Positions 10,409-19,479 of a DNA stretch of 64,000 bases are shown one piece after another (position 1 is the first letter of the stretch; every line of letters starts with the position of its first letter). The DNA is from Nanobdellota archaeon (GTDB taxonomy: Archaea > Nanobdellota > Nanobdellia > Woesearchaeales > JBHPFW01): the NCBI GenBank assembly GCA_042571645.1, contig JBHPFW010000002.1:3456-67455 (forward strand), read 5' to 3'. Under the pieces are notes generated by a model. That model had not been told where the DNA came from, did no database searches, and saw only the letters and a program-made list of their open reading frames with translations. Both the position numbers and the translations under genes were made by a program.

Positions 10409-11296
10409 TTATTCCCTTAGATAAGCAGGCCAATTTTCTTTATCAAAGCCGTGCTGTGCAAGAAATGCGTATGCTAGTCTATTCAGCCCTAAGCCAGTAC
10501 ATCCACTCCAGAGATTCTGATCAGGACCAACATTAAATGCTTTTACCAGTCTATCATATTCTATGCCGCAACCTGCAATTTCTCTCCATTCTTCTTTATG
10601 GGGAAGCCAAACCTCAATATCATGGATCGGGATTTCATCAGGCTTTTGTGCTTTTTTGTATTTATCGAGGGTTTCAGGAAATCCACAGCATGGTTCTCCT
10701 ACTGTAGTCCTCCAATTTATTTCAAGATTTGTGAGATAAGATAAAACATATTTTTCTACAGTTCTTCTAGTTTCTCTTACTTGGTCAGGAGTACCGATAT
10801 AAATAAGTTCTAATCTTCGAAATTCTTTTGCTTTAAAGAAGCTATCTAACTCTTCTTCTTTTTCGTTTCTAAAAGTGGGTTCTATTCCTGGTTCATAAAC
10901 CAGAAGCGGTAAGTAATTTAGAGTCTGACCTCGAATAGCTTCATATAAAGGCGCACATTGAACAGGATCAAGTATGCGAGTAGTACTTCCTCGAGTAGCC
11001 TCAAATAAAAGTTCAGGAGTGTATTTTATACAACCAAAATCTGCCAGTGTTTGAGGTAATAGGAGTCTAGAAAAAACCATTTCTCCAAATTCCATTGGAT
11101 AAACAACTTCTTTTTCAAATAATTCTCTTAATTTAGTAAAAATACCAGTTATTTCTTGTCGATAGAGAAATACCCCTGGCGAAACTTCCTTAAGCCACTC
11201 TTTCTCCTCTGCAATCTTACCAACATCTCCAGAGAATGAATTAGAAAAATTTGGTCCTTCTTTCAATACAGTTCCAAATTTAGAAAAATCTGCCAT
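10409..11296 (-). CDS. Stand-alone catalytic domain of a methanogen-type (atypical) SerRS homolog, aa:carrier-protein-ligase-like
   Basis: LDPVQCAPLY, FRNE, EFRRLE, WSGCTGLGLNRLAYAFLAQHGFDKENWP match atypical SerRS motifs; 295 aa with no N-terminal tRNA-binding domain. Confidence 0.82.
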   Translation of the reverse strand: MADFSKFGTVLKEGPNFSNSFSGDVGKIAEEKEWLKEVSPGVFLYRQEITGIFTKLRELFEKEVVYPMEFGEMVFSRLLLPQTLADFGCIKYTPELLFEATRGSTTRILDPVQCAPLYEAIRGQTLNYLPLLVYEPGIEPTFRNEKEEELDSFFKAKEFRRLELIYIGTPDQVRETRRTVEKYVLSYLTNLEINWRTTVGEPCCGFPETLDKYKKAQKPDEIPIHDIEVWLPHKEEWREIAGCGIEYDRLVKAFNVGPDQNLWSGCTGLGLNRLAYAFLAQHGFDKENWPAYLRE

Positions 11297-11375
11297 TTTC
11301 AGACTTTTAGGATTGGTTTGATTTATTTAAACCTTTTCCATAAACTATTTAAAGCTTATAAAAGCCCTTTAATTC

Positions 11376-12140
11376 ATGAACCTTTTAATTGACGCACATG
11401 CACATCTGGATGATAAAGCATTTGAATCTGATTTAGACCAAGTCATAGATAATGCCAAAGCTGCTGGAGTTAAAGCTATTATCTGTTGTGGCTTGAATGC
11501 TGAGTCAAACAAAAAGATTCTGGAACTCTCTAAACAGTATGATCTTATTAAGCCGGCTTTTGGTGTTTATCCAATTGATACAAAAGAATTGACACAAGAG
11601 CAAGAAAAAGAATTCTTTGATTTTGTTTTAGAAAACAAACCTATAGCAATTGGTGAAGTTGGATTGGATTATCATTGGGAAAAAGATCAAGCTAACAAAG
11701 AAAAACAAAAAGAGTTTTTCAAAAAAGCAATTGAATTTGCAGAGAAAAATAATCTGCCAATGTCTATTCATTCAAGAAATGCAGAAGAAGATACAATTCA
11801 AATCCTGGAAAGTGCTAATCTGAAAAATATTAAAAACAAAATAATAATGCACTGTTTTGGTGGTAATAGTTCTCAAACAAAGAAAGTCATTGAGAATGGC
11901 TGGAGTTTCTCTGTCCCAACAAATATTGTAAGAAGCCAGCATTTTCAGAATATTGTCAAGCAAGCTCCAATAACACAAATTCTCACAGAAACAGACTGTC
12001 CTTATTTAGCTCCAGAAAAAGATCAGCGTAATGAGCCAGCTTTTGTTGCTAAGTCAATCAAGAAAATTGCGGAAATTAAAGGCATGACAAAAGAAGACGC
12101 TACAAACAACATTTTCATGAATTATCAGAGGATTTTCTAG
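11376..12140 (+). CDS. tatD: TatD family hydrolase
   Basis: DAHAHL, IGEVGLD, IHSRNA, MHCF, ETDCPYL. Confidence 0.95.
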   Translation: MNLLIDAHAHLDDKAFESDLDQVIDNAKAAGVKAIICCGLNAESNKKILELSKQYDLIKPAFGVYPIDTKELTQEQEKEFFDFVLENKPIAIGEVGLDYHWEKDQANKEKQKEFFKKAIEFAEKNNLPMSIHSRNAEEDTIQILESANLKNIKNKIIMHCFGGNSSQTKKVIENGWSFSVPTNIVRSQHFQNIVKQAPITQILTETDCPYLAPEKDQRNEPAFVAKSIKKIAEIKGMTKEDATNNIFMNYQRIF

Positions 12141-12171
12141 ATTTTTAAATGATTTGAGATATTATGAATAA

Positions 12172-12221
12172 CAAAAATTAGCCAAATATTTATAGTTCGA
12201 CTTTTAGTTGGCTAATTTTTG
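12172..12221. promoter_or_regulatory. Perfect 14-bp inverted repeat with a 22-nt spacer
   Basis: CAAAAATTAGCCAA (12172-12185) / TTGGCTAATTTTTG (12208-12221), between tatD and the next gene. Confidence 0.6.
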
Positions 12222-12310
12222 GAATTACAAATCAGTACTATATTTCTCTGATTTGTAATAAACTTTAAATATATCCTTTTGTACAGTACTCTAAAACGGA
12301 GGTAATCCCC

Positions 12311-12613
12311 ATGCAAATCACAATTGACACTAAACATGATACAAAAGAGGAGATTAAGAGAGTCATAGAGATCCTGACTCGTATAGTGGATGAGCCGGTT
12401 TCTAATTACTCCAGCAATACAAGCAGCTCGGATTCTCCTGCAATAACTGACTTCTTTGGCAATCCTATTGGCACTCCAGCCAGAGAATCTAGCAGCCAGA
12501 GCCCAACACCACCACCTTCAAATCAGCCGCCAGGAGATATATTCAGCATATTCCAGCCTTCTGATAATGAGCCAGAGAAAAAGCCAGACGGTTTTAAGAT
12601 AACTGAGTATTAA
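12311..12613 (+). CDS. Hypothetical protein, Ser/Pro-rich
   Basis: Shine-Dalgarno-like GGAGGT upstream; 100-aa ORF. Confidence 0.7.
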   Translation: MQITIDTKHDTKEEIKRVIEILTRIVDEPVSNYSSNTSSSDSPAITDFFGNPIGTPARESSSQSPTPPPSNQPPGDIFSIFQPSDNEPEKKPDGFKITEY

Positions 12614-12668
12614 CTTATTTCTATCTTTATTTATTAATAACAAAAACTTTCTAATTTTGTAAGTTCCA

Positions 12669-12708
12669 CAAAAACTTAAGTTTTTGGGAGCCAAAATCGA
12701 AGATTTTG
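12669..12708. promoter_or_regulatory. Palindrome cluster upstream of archease-rtcB
   Basis: Perfect 18-bp palindrome CAAAAACTTAAGTTTTTG (12669-12686) followed by hairpin CAAAATC-GAA-GATTTTG (12692-12708). Confidence 0.55.
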
Positions 12709-12786
12709 TGCTTTTGGAATTAAAAGACGATGTCGTCATCGTCTTTTAATAAAACTTATAAACCCTATTTCAACCCCTTCTTTAAA

Positions 12787-13212
12787 ATGGACAAGAAATT
12801 TGAGTATCTAGAACATACTGCAGATAAGAAATTTAGAGCATTTGGCAGTACACTAGAAGAAGCTTTCAAAAACTCAGGTTTAGCAATGTTCAATATACTT
12901 GTGAATCCAGAAGACGTCAAGCCTGAAATCAAGCACAAACTAAAGGTTAACACAAGAAAATTAGAATCTTTGCTTTATGATTTCTTAGAAGAGCTCTTAA
13001 TACTGTTAGATACAGATGGATTTGTACTTTCTAGCATAGACAAAATAGAAATAAAAGAAAAAGACGGTATTTTTGATCTGGTTTGTGAATTTTCAGGAGA
13101 CTCCTACAAAAACTACGAAGTTTCAGGAAACATAAAATCCATTACTTACAATGATATGAAAATAGAAAAGGTTAATAATAATTATGAAATCACAGCAGTA
13201 GTTGATATTTAG
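12787..13212 (+). CDS. Archease (RtcB cofactor); likely start MDKKFEY
   Basis: EYLEHTAD, GSTLEEAF, IKSITY, C-terminal VVDI; immediately upstream of rtcB. Confidence 0.94.
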   Translation: MDKKFEYLEHTADKKFRAFGSTLEEAFKNSGLAMFNILVNPEDVKPEIKHKLKVNTRKLESLLYDFLEELLILLDTDGFVLSSIDKIEIKEKDGIFDLVCEFSGDSYKNYEVSGNIKSITYNDMKIEKVNNNYEITAVVDI

Positions 13213-13220
13213 GTGGTAAA

Positions 13221-14648
13221 ATGACAGAATACAAAAAAGTTAATGATAATGAATTTGTAATTGAGAAAAAAGGCAAGATGAAAGTTCCTGTTAGGATATT
13301 TGCTTCTGAAAAGATTATGGAAAAACTTAAAGACGATAAAAGTCTTCAACAAGGCAGTAATGTTGCACAAATGCCTGGTATTTACAAGCATGCTTTAATG
13401 ATGCCTGATGCTCACCAAGGCTATGGGTTTTCAATTGGTGGAGTGGCAGCGTTTGATGCAAAAGAAGGATGCATCACTCCTGGAGGAATAGGCTTTGATA
13501 TAAATTGTGGAGTAAAATTTCTGATAACTAACTTAACAAAAGAACAGGTAGAGCCAAAAATTAAGGAATTGCTTGAAGCGATTTATGCCAGAGTGAAAGT
13601 TGGTGTTGGTGGAGAGTCAAAAATAAGATTAGAAGATGATGAATTAGATGCAGTTCTAAAAACTGGTGCAAAATGGACATTAGAAAAAGGCTATGCAACT
13701 AAGGATGATCTTGAGCATTGTGAGGAAAACGGCACAATGGAACAAGCAGATCCTTCAAAAGTAAGTCAAAAAGCAAAGAAGCGTGGCAGAAAACAACTCG
13801 GAACACTTGGAGCAGGAAATCATTTCATGGAAATTCAAGTTGTGGATGAGATTTTTGATGAGAAAATTGCTAAAGCATTTGGCATAGAGAAAAAAGGACA
13901 AATTGGTGTGATGATTCATTGCGGTTCTCGTGGATTGGGACATCAGGTTTGCAGTGATTATATCAGAAGAATGGAAGATGAACAACCTGAATTAATGGCG
14001 AGTCTGCCAGAAAAAGATTTGATCTATGCAAAAGCTGGTACAAAATTAGCAAATGATTATTTTGGAGCAATGTGCAGTGCAGCAAATTTTGCCTGGGCTA
14101 ATCGCCAAGTAATTGCTTTTGAAGTTAGAAATGCTTTCAAAGAAGTTTTTGGTGATTCTGAACTCAAACATGTTTATGATGTTGCTCATAATATTGCTAA
14201 ATTAGAAAAACATATGATTGATGGCGAGGAAAAAGAGGTGTATTTGCACAGAAAAGGTGCGACTAGAGCATTCCCTCCAGGACATCCAGATGTTCCAGAA
14301 GCTTATAGAGCTGTTGGCCAGCCAATAATTTTGCCAGGCAGCATGGGTACTGCTTCTTATATCTTAGTTGGCACACAAAAAGCAATGGAAGAAACCTTTG
14401 GCTCAACAGCTCATGGTGCAGGCAGAGTAATGTCAAGACATGCAGCAATTAATCAGTTCAGAGGAGAAGATATCAAGAAACAACTTGAAGCTAAAAACAT
14501 TACAGTTAAAGCAGGCTCGTGGAAAGGTTTATCAGAAGAAGCACCTCAGGTGTATAAAAAAATTGAGGATGTTATTCAAGTAACAGTTGATGCAGGTCTT
14601 GCAGGGCTGGTTGCTCGTGTTGTTCCGCTAGGCGTCATCAAAGGCTGA
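13221..14648 (+). CDS. rtcB: tRNA-splicing RNA ligase RtcB
   Basis: MPDAHQGYG, GFDINCG, GTLGAGNHF, HCGSRG, HNIAK, HRKGATR, HGAGR, EEAP. Confidence 0.97.
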   Translation: MTEYKKVNDNEFVIEKKGKMKVPVRIFASEKIMEKLKDDKSLQQGSNVAQMPGIYKHALMMPDAHQGYGFSIGGVAAFDAKEGCITPGGIGFDINCGVKFLITNLTKEQVEPKIKELLEAIYARVKVGVGGESKIRLEDDELDAVLKTGAKWTLEKGYATKDDLEHCEENGTMEQADPSKVSQKAKKRGRKQLGTLGAGNHFMEIQVVDEIFDEKIAKAFGIEKKGQIGVMIHCGSRGLGHQVCSDYIRRMEDEQPELMASLPEKDLIYAKAGTKLANDYFGAMCSAANFAWANRQVIAFEVRNAFKEVFGDSELKHVYDVAHNIAKLEKHMIDGEEKEVYLHRKGATRAFPPGHPDVPEAYRAVGQPIILPGSMGTASYILVGTQKAMEETFGSTAHGAGRVMSRHAAINQFRGEDIKKQLEAKNITVKAGSWKGLSEEAPQVYKKIEDVIQVTVDAGLAGLVARVVPLGVIKG

Positions 14649-16039
14649 AGCTCTTCCTTAGCGGATTTCATCAAATATAGAAAATTTTCTCCCTTTTTTG
14701 TTATATGGTAAATAATATTAACATCGCTCTTGATTTTATGTAAAAAACCTCTTTTTGTATTATCGCTTAAATATTTCTGAGCAGTCTTAATTGAAATGTT
14801 GTGTTTTTTAGCAAATTCAGATATTCTTCTATTATTAACTGATTTCAATCTTTCATAAAGAATCTTGAAATAGTAATTTGACAGTACATATTTCAGAAGC
14901 TTTCTTCTATTGTCTTTATGTTCTGCAAAAGCATTATTTTCTATTAGCCAAATACAGACTTCAAAATTAGTCGAAAGATGAATTTTAATATCTTGAGAAG
15001 AAGAATTAATATTAAGTAGTTTTAATAATTTCCTGATGCTTGGGTGTATTGATAAATTACCTTCTGATATGAAAATATCTAAGCTTGAATTATTAGCAAT
15101 GACAGTCCCATCCCCTAAGAGATATTTTATTATGAACCCTGTAGAGAATTCTCTTAGGTAGTTATTTAATTTTTCTTGTTTTTCAAGATGTGTTCTTATT
15201 TTTGTTAGTATTGTTATCATGATTTGTCCTAAAGTAGTATTAGGAATATACATGCTATAAATTATATCTAAGAGATTCTTATTTTTAATAAGTGATATGC
15301 TGGTTTCATTGATATCTAAAAGCTTGGCAAATTCTTTTTTACGTGATTCTAAACACTCATTAGTTATGTCAGGATTGTGAAATATCATCCCTTTCCAAGA
15401 GGATTCTGGTATACCAAATAACTTGGAAATATCCATGAATAAGTTTATTTGACTTAAGAACTTCATTGTAAAATCAAGTCTAACTCCATTTTTAGAAGAC
15501 TCTGCTTGCATTAATCCGAAAAATTCACCAAGTTTTTCATCAATCGTAACAAATCTCTTTAATTCTATTGATTTTGCATTTCCTCCTTTCCCAGAACAAT
15601 ACCAAGCTTTCAGCCAATCTTCATCATTTTTGTTAAAAAGCTCAACCATTATAGTTTTATTACATTTAGTTTTTCTAGGAATCAGTGCTAATAAATCAAG
15701 ATAGTCTCCAATAATTATTCTATTAGTTCTTATATTATCAACTAAAGAGATGGATATATCTAAAATATCGCCTGTTTTCAAATTAGCCTTTTCCACAAAA
15801 TCTTTAGGAACAGCTCTTCTGACTTGTAAATTGTCTCTGCTTTTAGGCAAACTGGGAATGCTCAGATAAGTTTGATATTTGTGACTATCTTTTTGAATAT
15901 TGAGTTTAACATAATTATCTGGTTTGGCTCCGATTTTTCTTATAGAACTTGTTGGAATAGTAAATCTAAATTTATCACGATCAGGAAATACCTTGATTTT
16001 TATAAACTCTTTTTTGATTATTTTTTGATTAATTTCCAT
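14576..16039 (-). CDS. Free-standing LAGLIDADG-family endonuclease-like protein
   Basis: Two LAGLIDADG-like helices (LGEFFGLMQAESSK; GFIIKYLLGDGTV), two N-terminal AbrB-like repeats, C-terminal HTH; overlaps the rtcB 3' end antisense by 73 nt. Confidence 0.75.
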   Translation of the reverse strand: MEINQKIIKKEFIKIKVFPDRDKFRFTIPTSSIRKIGAKPDNYVKLNIQKDSHKYQTYLSIPSLPKSRDNLQVRRAVPKDFVEKANLKTGDILDISISLVDNIRTNRIIIGDYLDLLALIPRKTKCNKTIMVELFNKNDEDWLKAWYCSGKGGNAKSIELKRFVTIDEKLGEFFGLMQAESSKNGVRLDFTMKFLSQINLFMDISKLFGIPESSWKGMIFHNPDITNECLESRKKEFAKLLDINETSISLIKNKNLLDIIYSMYIPNTTLGQIMITILTKIRTHLEKQEKLNNYLREFSTGFIIKYLLGDGTVIANNSSLDIFISEGNLSIHPSIRKLLKLLNINSSSQDIKIHLSTNFEVCIWLIENNAFAEHKDNRRKLLKYVLSNYYFKILYERLKSVNNRRISEFAKKHNISIKTAQKYLSDNTKRGFLHKIKSDVNIIYHITKKGENFLYLMKSAKEELQPLMTPSGTTRATSPARPASTVT

Positions 16040-16216
16040 TTTTAATCAACTTATTTATTCCTGAAACTTTATTGAATGATTTGTGAAAAAGGAGTTTCGT
16101 AAATTATAATCTAAAAGTTGAGGTTTTTGGTAGACTGATTAAAAAGGGACAAGATCTTTAAATATCTCACGCCCATAAATGTCCACTGGGTAATCAAAAA
16201 AGTAGGGATTTATAAA
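14592..16216 (-). mobile_element. Putative homing-endonuclease insertion carrying a replacement rtcB 3' end; boundaries approximate
   Basis: Bounded by two versions of the rtcB tail, both starting GCAGG (14592 and 16217). Confidence 0.7.
16172..16190 (-). promoter_or_regulatory. GGACATTT/TCCA(C/G)TGG motif upstream of a TATA box, copy 1
   Basis: Minus strand CCCAGTGGACATTTATGGG, about 12 nt before TATTTAAA; similar motifs at 23310 and 36121. Confidence 0.55.
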
Positions 16217-16273
16217 GCAGGCATTGGCAATATAGTTGCAAGAATGAAGCCTTTGGGCGTTATTAAGGGTTGA
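16217..16273 (+). pseudogene. Displaced duplicate of the rtcB 3' terminus
   Basis: Translates AGIGNIVARMKPLGVIKG*; 12/18 aa identical to the in-frame tail AGLAGLVARVVPLGVIKG*. Confidence 0.88.
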
Positions 16274-16291
16274 ATTCTTAGCAGTTTTTAA

Positions 16292-16399
16292 AAGACTGCC
16301 AGGGCGAGTGCCTAACACATATTATTTCCTTTCGCAATCATGACAAATAGATGCAATAACATTCAGAAACTCCTTAGCACTCTGGGCGCTGGCAGTCTT
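16292..16399 (-). repeat. Family A structured element, copy 2
   Basis: Terminal stem AAGACTGCCAG/CTGGCAGTCTT; same conserved core on the minus strand. Confidence 0.92.
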
Positions 16400-16407
16400 A
16401 TTTATAC

Positions 16408-16869
16408 TTAGACCAACAACAAAATAATTATAAGAAATATCAAAACACCATTTAGAATTAATTCTTCTCTGCCTGCATTGAATAGCCAGCCAAATTCTTT
16501 TGTTTTGAACATCTCGGGTTCATATATGCTTAAGTCATCCAGCAAGTAATGGCTGTAATAAGCTAAAGCAATTATCAAAGAAGCAACAGGATTGAATATA
16601 AAAACAACACCAACAATAATACTAACAACTATAAAAGCAATAGGATTATGAAGCAAGGTTTCATGATGTTCAATATGATATACTGTTTTGTGCCACATCT
16701 TTTTTAGATCAAATTTCTTGTGAAATACCAAATTGCTAATTACATGATCAAAATCCATAAATATGGCTAAAATCGCCACTAAGAAAGCTATATGCAAGCC
16801 TAACAAACCTCTTTCATAAGCTATTACTCCAAGCAATAATGCCAGTAAAAAATGACTTTGAGGGAACAT
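16408..16869 (-). CDS. Membrane-bound metal-dependent hydrolase (YdjM/DUF457-like); likely start MFPQSH
   Basis: SH...DFDH...LLH...SHYLLD pattern with hydrophobic helices. Confidence 0.65.
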   Translation of the reverse strand: MFPQSHFLLALLLGVIAYERGLLGLHIAFLVAILAIFMDFDHVISNLVFHKKFDLKKMWHKTVYHIEHHETLLHNPIAFIVVSIIVGVVFIFNPVASLIIALAYYSHYLLDDLSIYEPEMFKTKEFGWLFNAGREELILNGVLIFLIIILLLV

Positions 16870-16921
16870 ATAAAGCTTTATAGAAGTTTCATTTAAAAAG
16901 TTTGCTTTAAAATGATCAAAA

Positions 16922-17929
16922 TTAACTTTTAGTATATATTTCAACTAATTCATGAAAATTGACTGCATTATACCTAGCAAAGAACCCACAAAGAGATGTG
17001 CAATCAAGACAATATCTGCCTTTTAGTTCTCTAATATTTCTATTTGCTTCACCAAGGTATTTCTCTCTAGTCATATCTAAAAAATTAGCATTGGATTTGG
17101 ATCCTGCTGCAGCACATTTGAAAATCTTGCCATCTATATCAATTTGGATAGCATTTAATCCTATGCCGCAGTCTTCAAATAATGCGTCATCAGCTAAATA
17201 ATTAGGAATACCATTCAAATAATGTAAAGGAGTAGTTATCAAAGCACCATTATCTTTTTCTTTAATTAAATAATCAACAATCTTTTGTAGTTCCCCACTT
17301 ATTGCTGGATCTTGGCGAATTAAAGGTTCTTGATTTACCAGCCCAAAGGATATTGAGATATTAAATGCTACTTCTTCTACTAATTTATGAATTTCATCAA
17401 GATTATAAGGAGTTATTACACAATGAATTTTTCCTATAATTCCATGCTCGTCCTTTGCATATGTTAATAGATCTATTAAATCAGGTTTTTCTGCAAGGGT
17501 TTTTTTAGAGCTGTTTATTGAATCAACACCATCTAAAGAGACATAGATAAAATCACCTCCTGCTTTTGCAAATGAATCTATGAATCTTTCATCTAATAAG
17601 CTCCCATTTGTACTAATTGAACTAATCATATTAAAGCTATTAGCATATTCTATTAAATTAATCAAATCTTCTCTTAAAAGAGGCTCTCCGCCTATGAAAT
17701 TAATGACAGGAATATCAAATTCTGTTTGAGAGTGTTCAATTATTGTGCGAGTTGATTCTTCAGAAGAAGCTTCAGAGGATTTGGGCAAGTCACAATAACC
17801 ACAATCAAGATTACAATCATGAGTTATATAATACTGTAATAAGTATAAGGCAGATAAACCTAAGAATTTTTCTTTTTCTGCATTTTTATAAAACTTTAGG
17901 AGTCTATCTATTTTGCTCGTAGTAATCAT
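16922..17929 (-). CDS. Radical SAM protein with a SPASM/twitch-like C-terminus
   Basis: CNLDCGYC, GGEPLL, STNG, SLDG; extra C-terminal Cys residues. Confidence 0.9.
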   Translation of the reverse strand: MITTSKIDRLLKFYKNAEKEKFLGLSALYLLQYYITHDCNLDCGYCDLPKSSEASSEESTRTIIEHSQTEFDIPVINFIGGEPLLREDLINLIEYANSFNMISSISTNGSLLDERFIDSFAKAGGDFIYVSLDGVDSINSSKKTLAEKPDLIDLLTYAKDEHGIIGKIHCVITPYNLDEIHKLVEEVAFNISISFGLVNQEPLIRQDPAISGELQKIVDYLIKEKDNGALITTPLHYLNGIPNYLADDALFEDCGIGLNAIQIDIDGKIFKCAAAGSKSNANFLDMTREKYLGEANRNIRELKGRYCLDCTSLCGFFARYNAVNFHELVEIYTKS

Positions 17930-17943
17930 GAGCTTTTTATCTC

Positions 17944-18000
17944 AAAAAAAAAGTTAAAAAAGGATAGTTTAAACTATTAAACAAAATGTTTAAATATTAA
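17944..18000 (-). promoter_or_regulatory. Duplicated upstream region of the radical SAM genes, copy 1
   Basis: Contains TATTAAACAAAATGTTTAAATATTAA, 25/26 identical to 19434-19459. Confidence 0.75.
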
Positions 18001-18022
18001 GAATTATCTGAGATTGTCTTTT

Positions 18023-19387
18023 TTAACTAGCGAATTTTTCAATAAATTCTCTAAAATATTCAGGTTGTGCAGTTGCTTGTTTTAAGAAGTAATTCATTCC
18101 GTTATTTGTAACTGCGTCTTCTAAACACTTTAGATATTTTGGTGAATAAGGTTGGCCATGTTTGTCTGAAAACACAGGAATACCTCTTTTTACATTATAT
18201 TTTATCCAGTCTTCGGGATATTTTGTATACAGTAGTCTTTTTGCTTCCTTATATTCATCATATAGAGCAGTTCCAGGGTAGGGGGTTTCCACACCTGGTA
18301 TGTAAAACATAAACTTTTCATTTATTACATAATCATAGAGTGTCTGTATTGATTCTTCATTTTCTCTGTCACTTCCAAGAATAAAAGATGCTGCAACTAA
18401 TACACCATTGTTTTGAAGGTCTCTTACAAACTTACCATAATCTTTTCCAATATTATGTTTTTTCCCATATCGTTTTAAGAATTTTTCAGATGTTGATTCA
18501 AACCCTACAACTAAAAATTTGCATCCCGATTCAATCATTAAATCAGTTAATTCGGGATCCTCGCTTAATGATAAAGATGTACTGCCTGCCCATCTTTTAT
18601 TCAATTTTATAAGTTCTGTTAGGAGTTCTTTTGCAAAAATAGGGTCTCCTGTTAGATTATCACTGGGAAAAAAGATATAATCTGATTCCGTTTGTTCTAT
18701 TTGATCAATAACGTCTTTTAAATCCCTCATGCGGTACTTTTTTCCACTGATTATAGGGCCTGAACAAAACTTGCACCTGGAAGGACATCCTCTGGCAGTT
18801 TCTATTGAAGTATCAAAAAAATAATGTTCTGGTTTTGTTATAGACTTATCAGGCCATACATAATCTCTTTTCATATCTAAGAATCTATTTGCTTGGTATC
18901 TTTGTTTGAGTTTGCCATGAAGAAAATCATTTAATAATTCTGGCAAAACATATTCTGCTTCACCCACAACAATAGAATCTGCATATTTTTGTGCTTCATT
19001 TGGTTTGACTGTTGGATGGATGCCTCCAAGAGCCACTTTAGAGCCATTTTCTCTAAATTTTGATGCTAATCCATATATTCTTGGAGCCATAGTGGTATTT
19101 GCGGAAAAAACCACTAAATCATTGCAATCAAACTTGTTGGGATTAATAAGTCCCATTATTTTCTCATCATGTAGTTGTATTTCAAATTCGTCTTTGTAGT
19201 GTTTTTTAGTAATTGCAGAAAGAATCATTAAAGCTAATGGCGGAAGATTAATCGCCTTTTTATGTTCAAGATGACTTTTTAATCTGCTTTTTGGAAGGAA
19301 AGCTCTAACTTGCTCAAGAATTCCTGCAGAATAAATTTGATCAATAGTATAAGGGGCAGTAGTATCTACTAATAACAACCTCTTCAT
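18023..19387 (-). CDS. B12-binding-domain radical SAM protein
   Basis: PPLAL, VALGGIHPT, VVGEAE, RGCPSRCKFC, GFES, PYPGTALY. Confidence 0.92.
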   Translation of the reverse strand: MKRLLLVDTTAPYTIDQIYSAGILEQVRAFLPKSRLKSHLEHKKAINLPPLALMILSAITKKHYKDEFEIQLHDEKIMGLINPNKFDCNDLVVFSANTTMAPRIYGLASKFRENGSKVALGGIHPTVKPNEAQKYADSIVVGEAEYVLPELLNDFLHGKLKQRYQANRFLDMKRDYVWPDKSITKPEHYFFDTSIETARGCPSRCKFCSGPIISGKKYRMRDLKDVIDQIEQTESDYIFFPSDNLTGDPIFAKELLTELIKLNKRWAGSTSLSLSEDPELTDLMIESGCKFLVVGFESTSEKFLKRYGKKHNIGKDYGKFVRDLQNNGVLVAASFILGSDRENEESIQTLYDYVINEKFMFYIPGVETPYPGTALYDEYKEAKRLLYTKYPEDWIKYNVKRGIPVFSDKHGQPYSPKYLKCLEDAVTNNGMNYFLKQATAQPEYFREFIEKFAS

Positions 19388-19402
19388 TGGTATTTTATTA
19401 GT

Positions 19403-19459
19403 AAAAAAAGTTAAAAAACCCCAGTTTAAAGAATATTAAACGAAATGTTTAAATATTAA
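19403..19459 (-). promoter_or_regulatory. Duplicated upstream region of the radical SAM genes, copy 2
   Basis: Near-identical to 17944-18000, at the same distance from the start codon. Confidence 0.75.
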
Positions 19460-19479
19460 CATTACATTTAATTGATAAA

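Noticed and set aside
14592-16216. rtcB insert as a spliced bulge-helix-bulge intron or an intein
   Set aside because: The upstream rtcB frame is already complete with a stop, the inserted ORF is antisense, and I see no pairing between the junctions.
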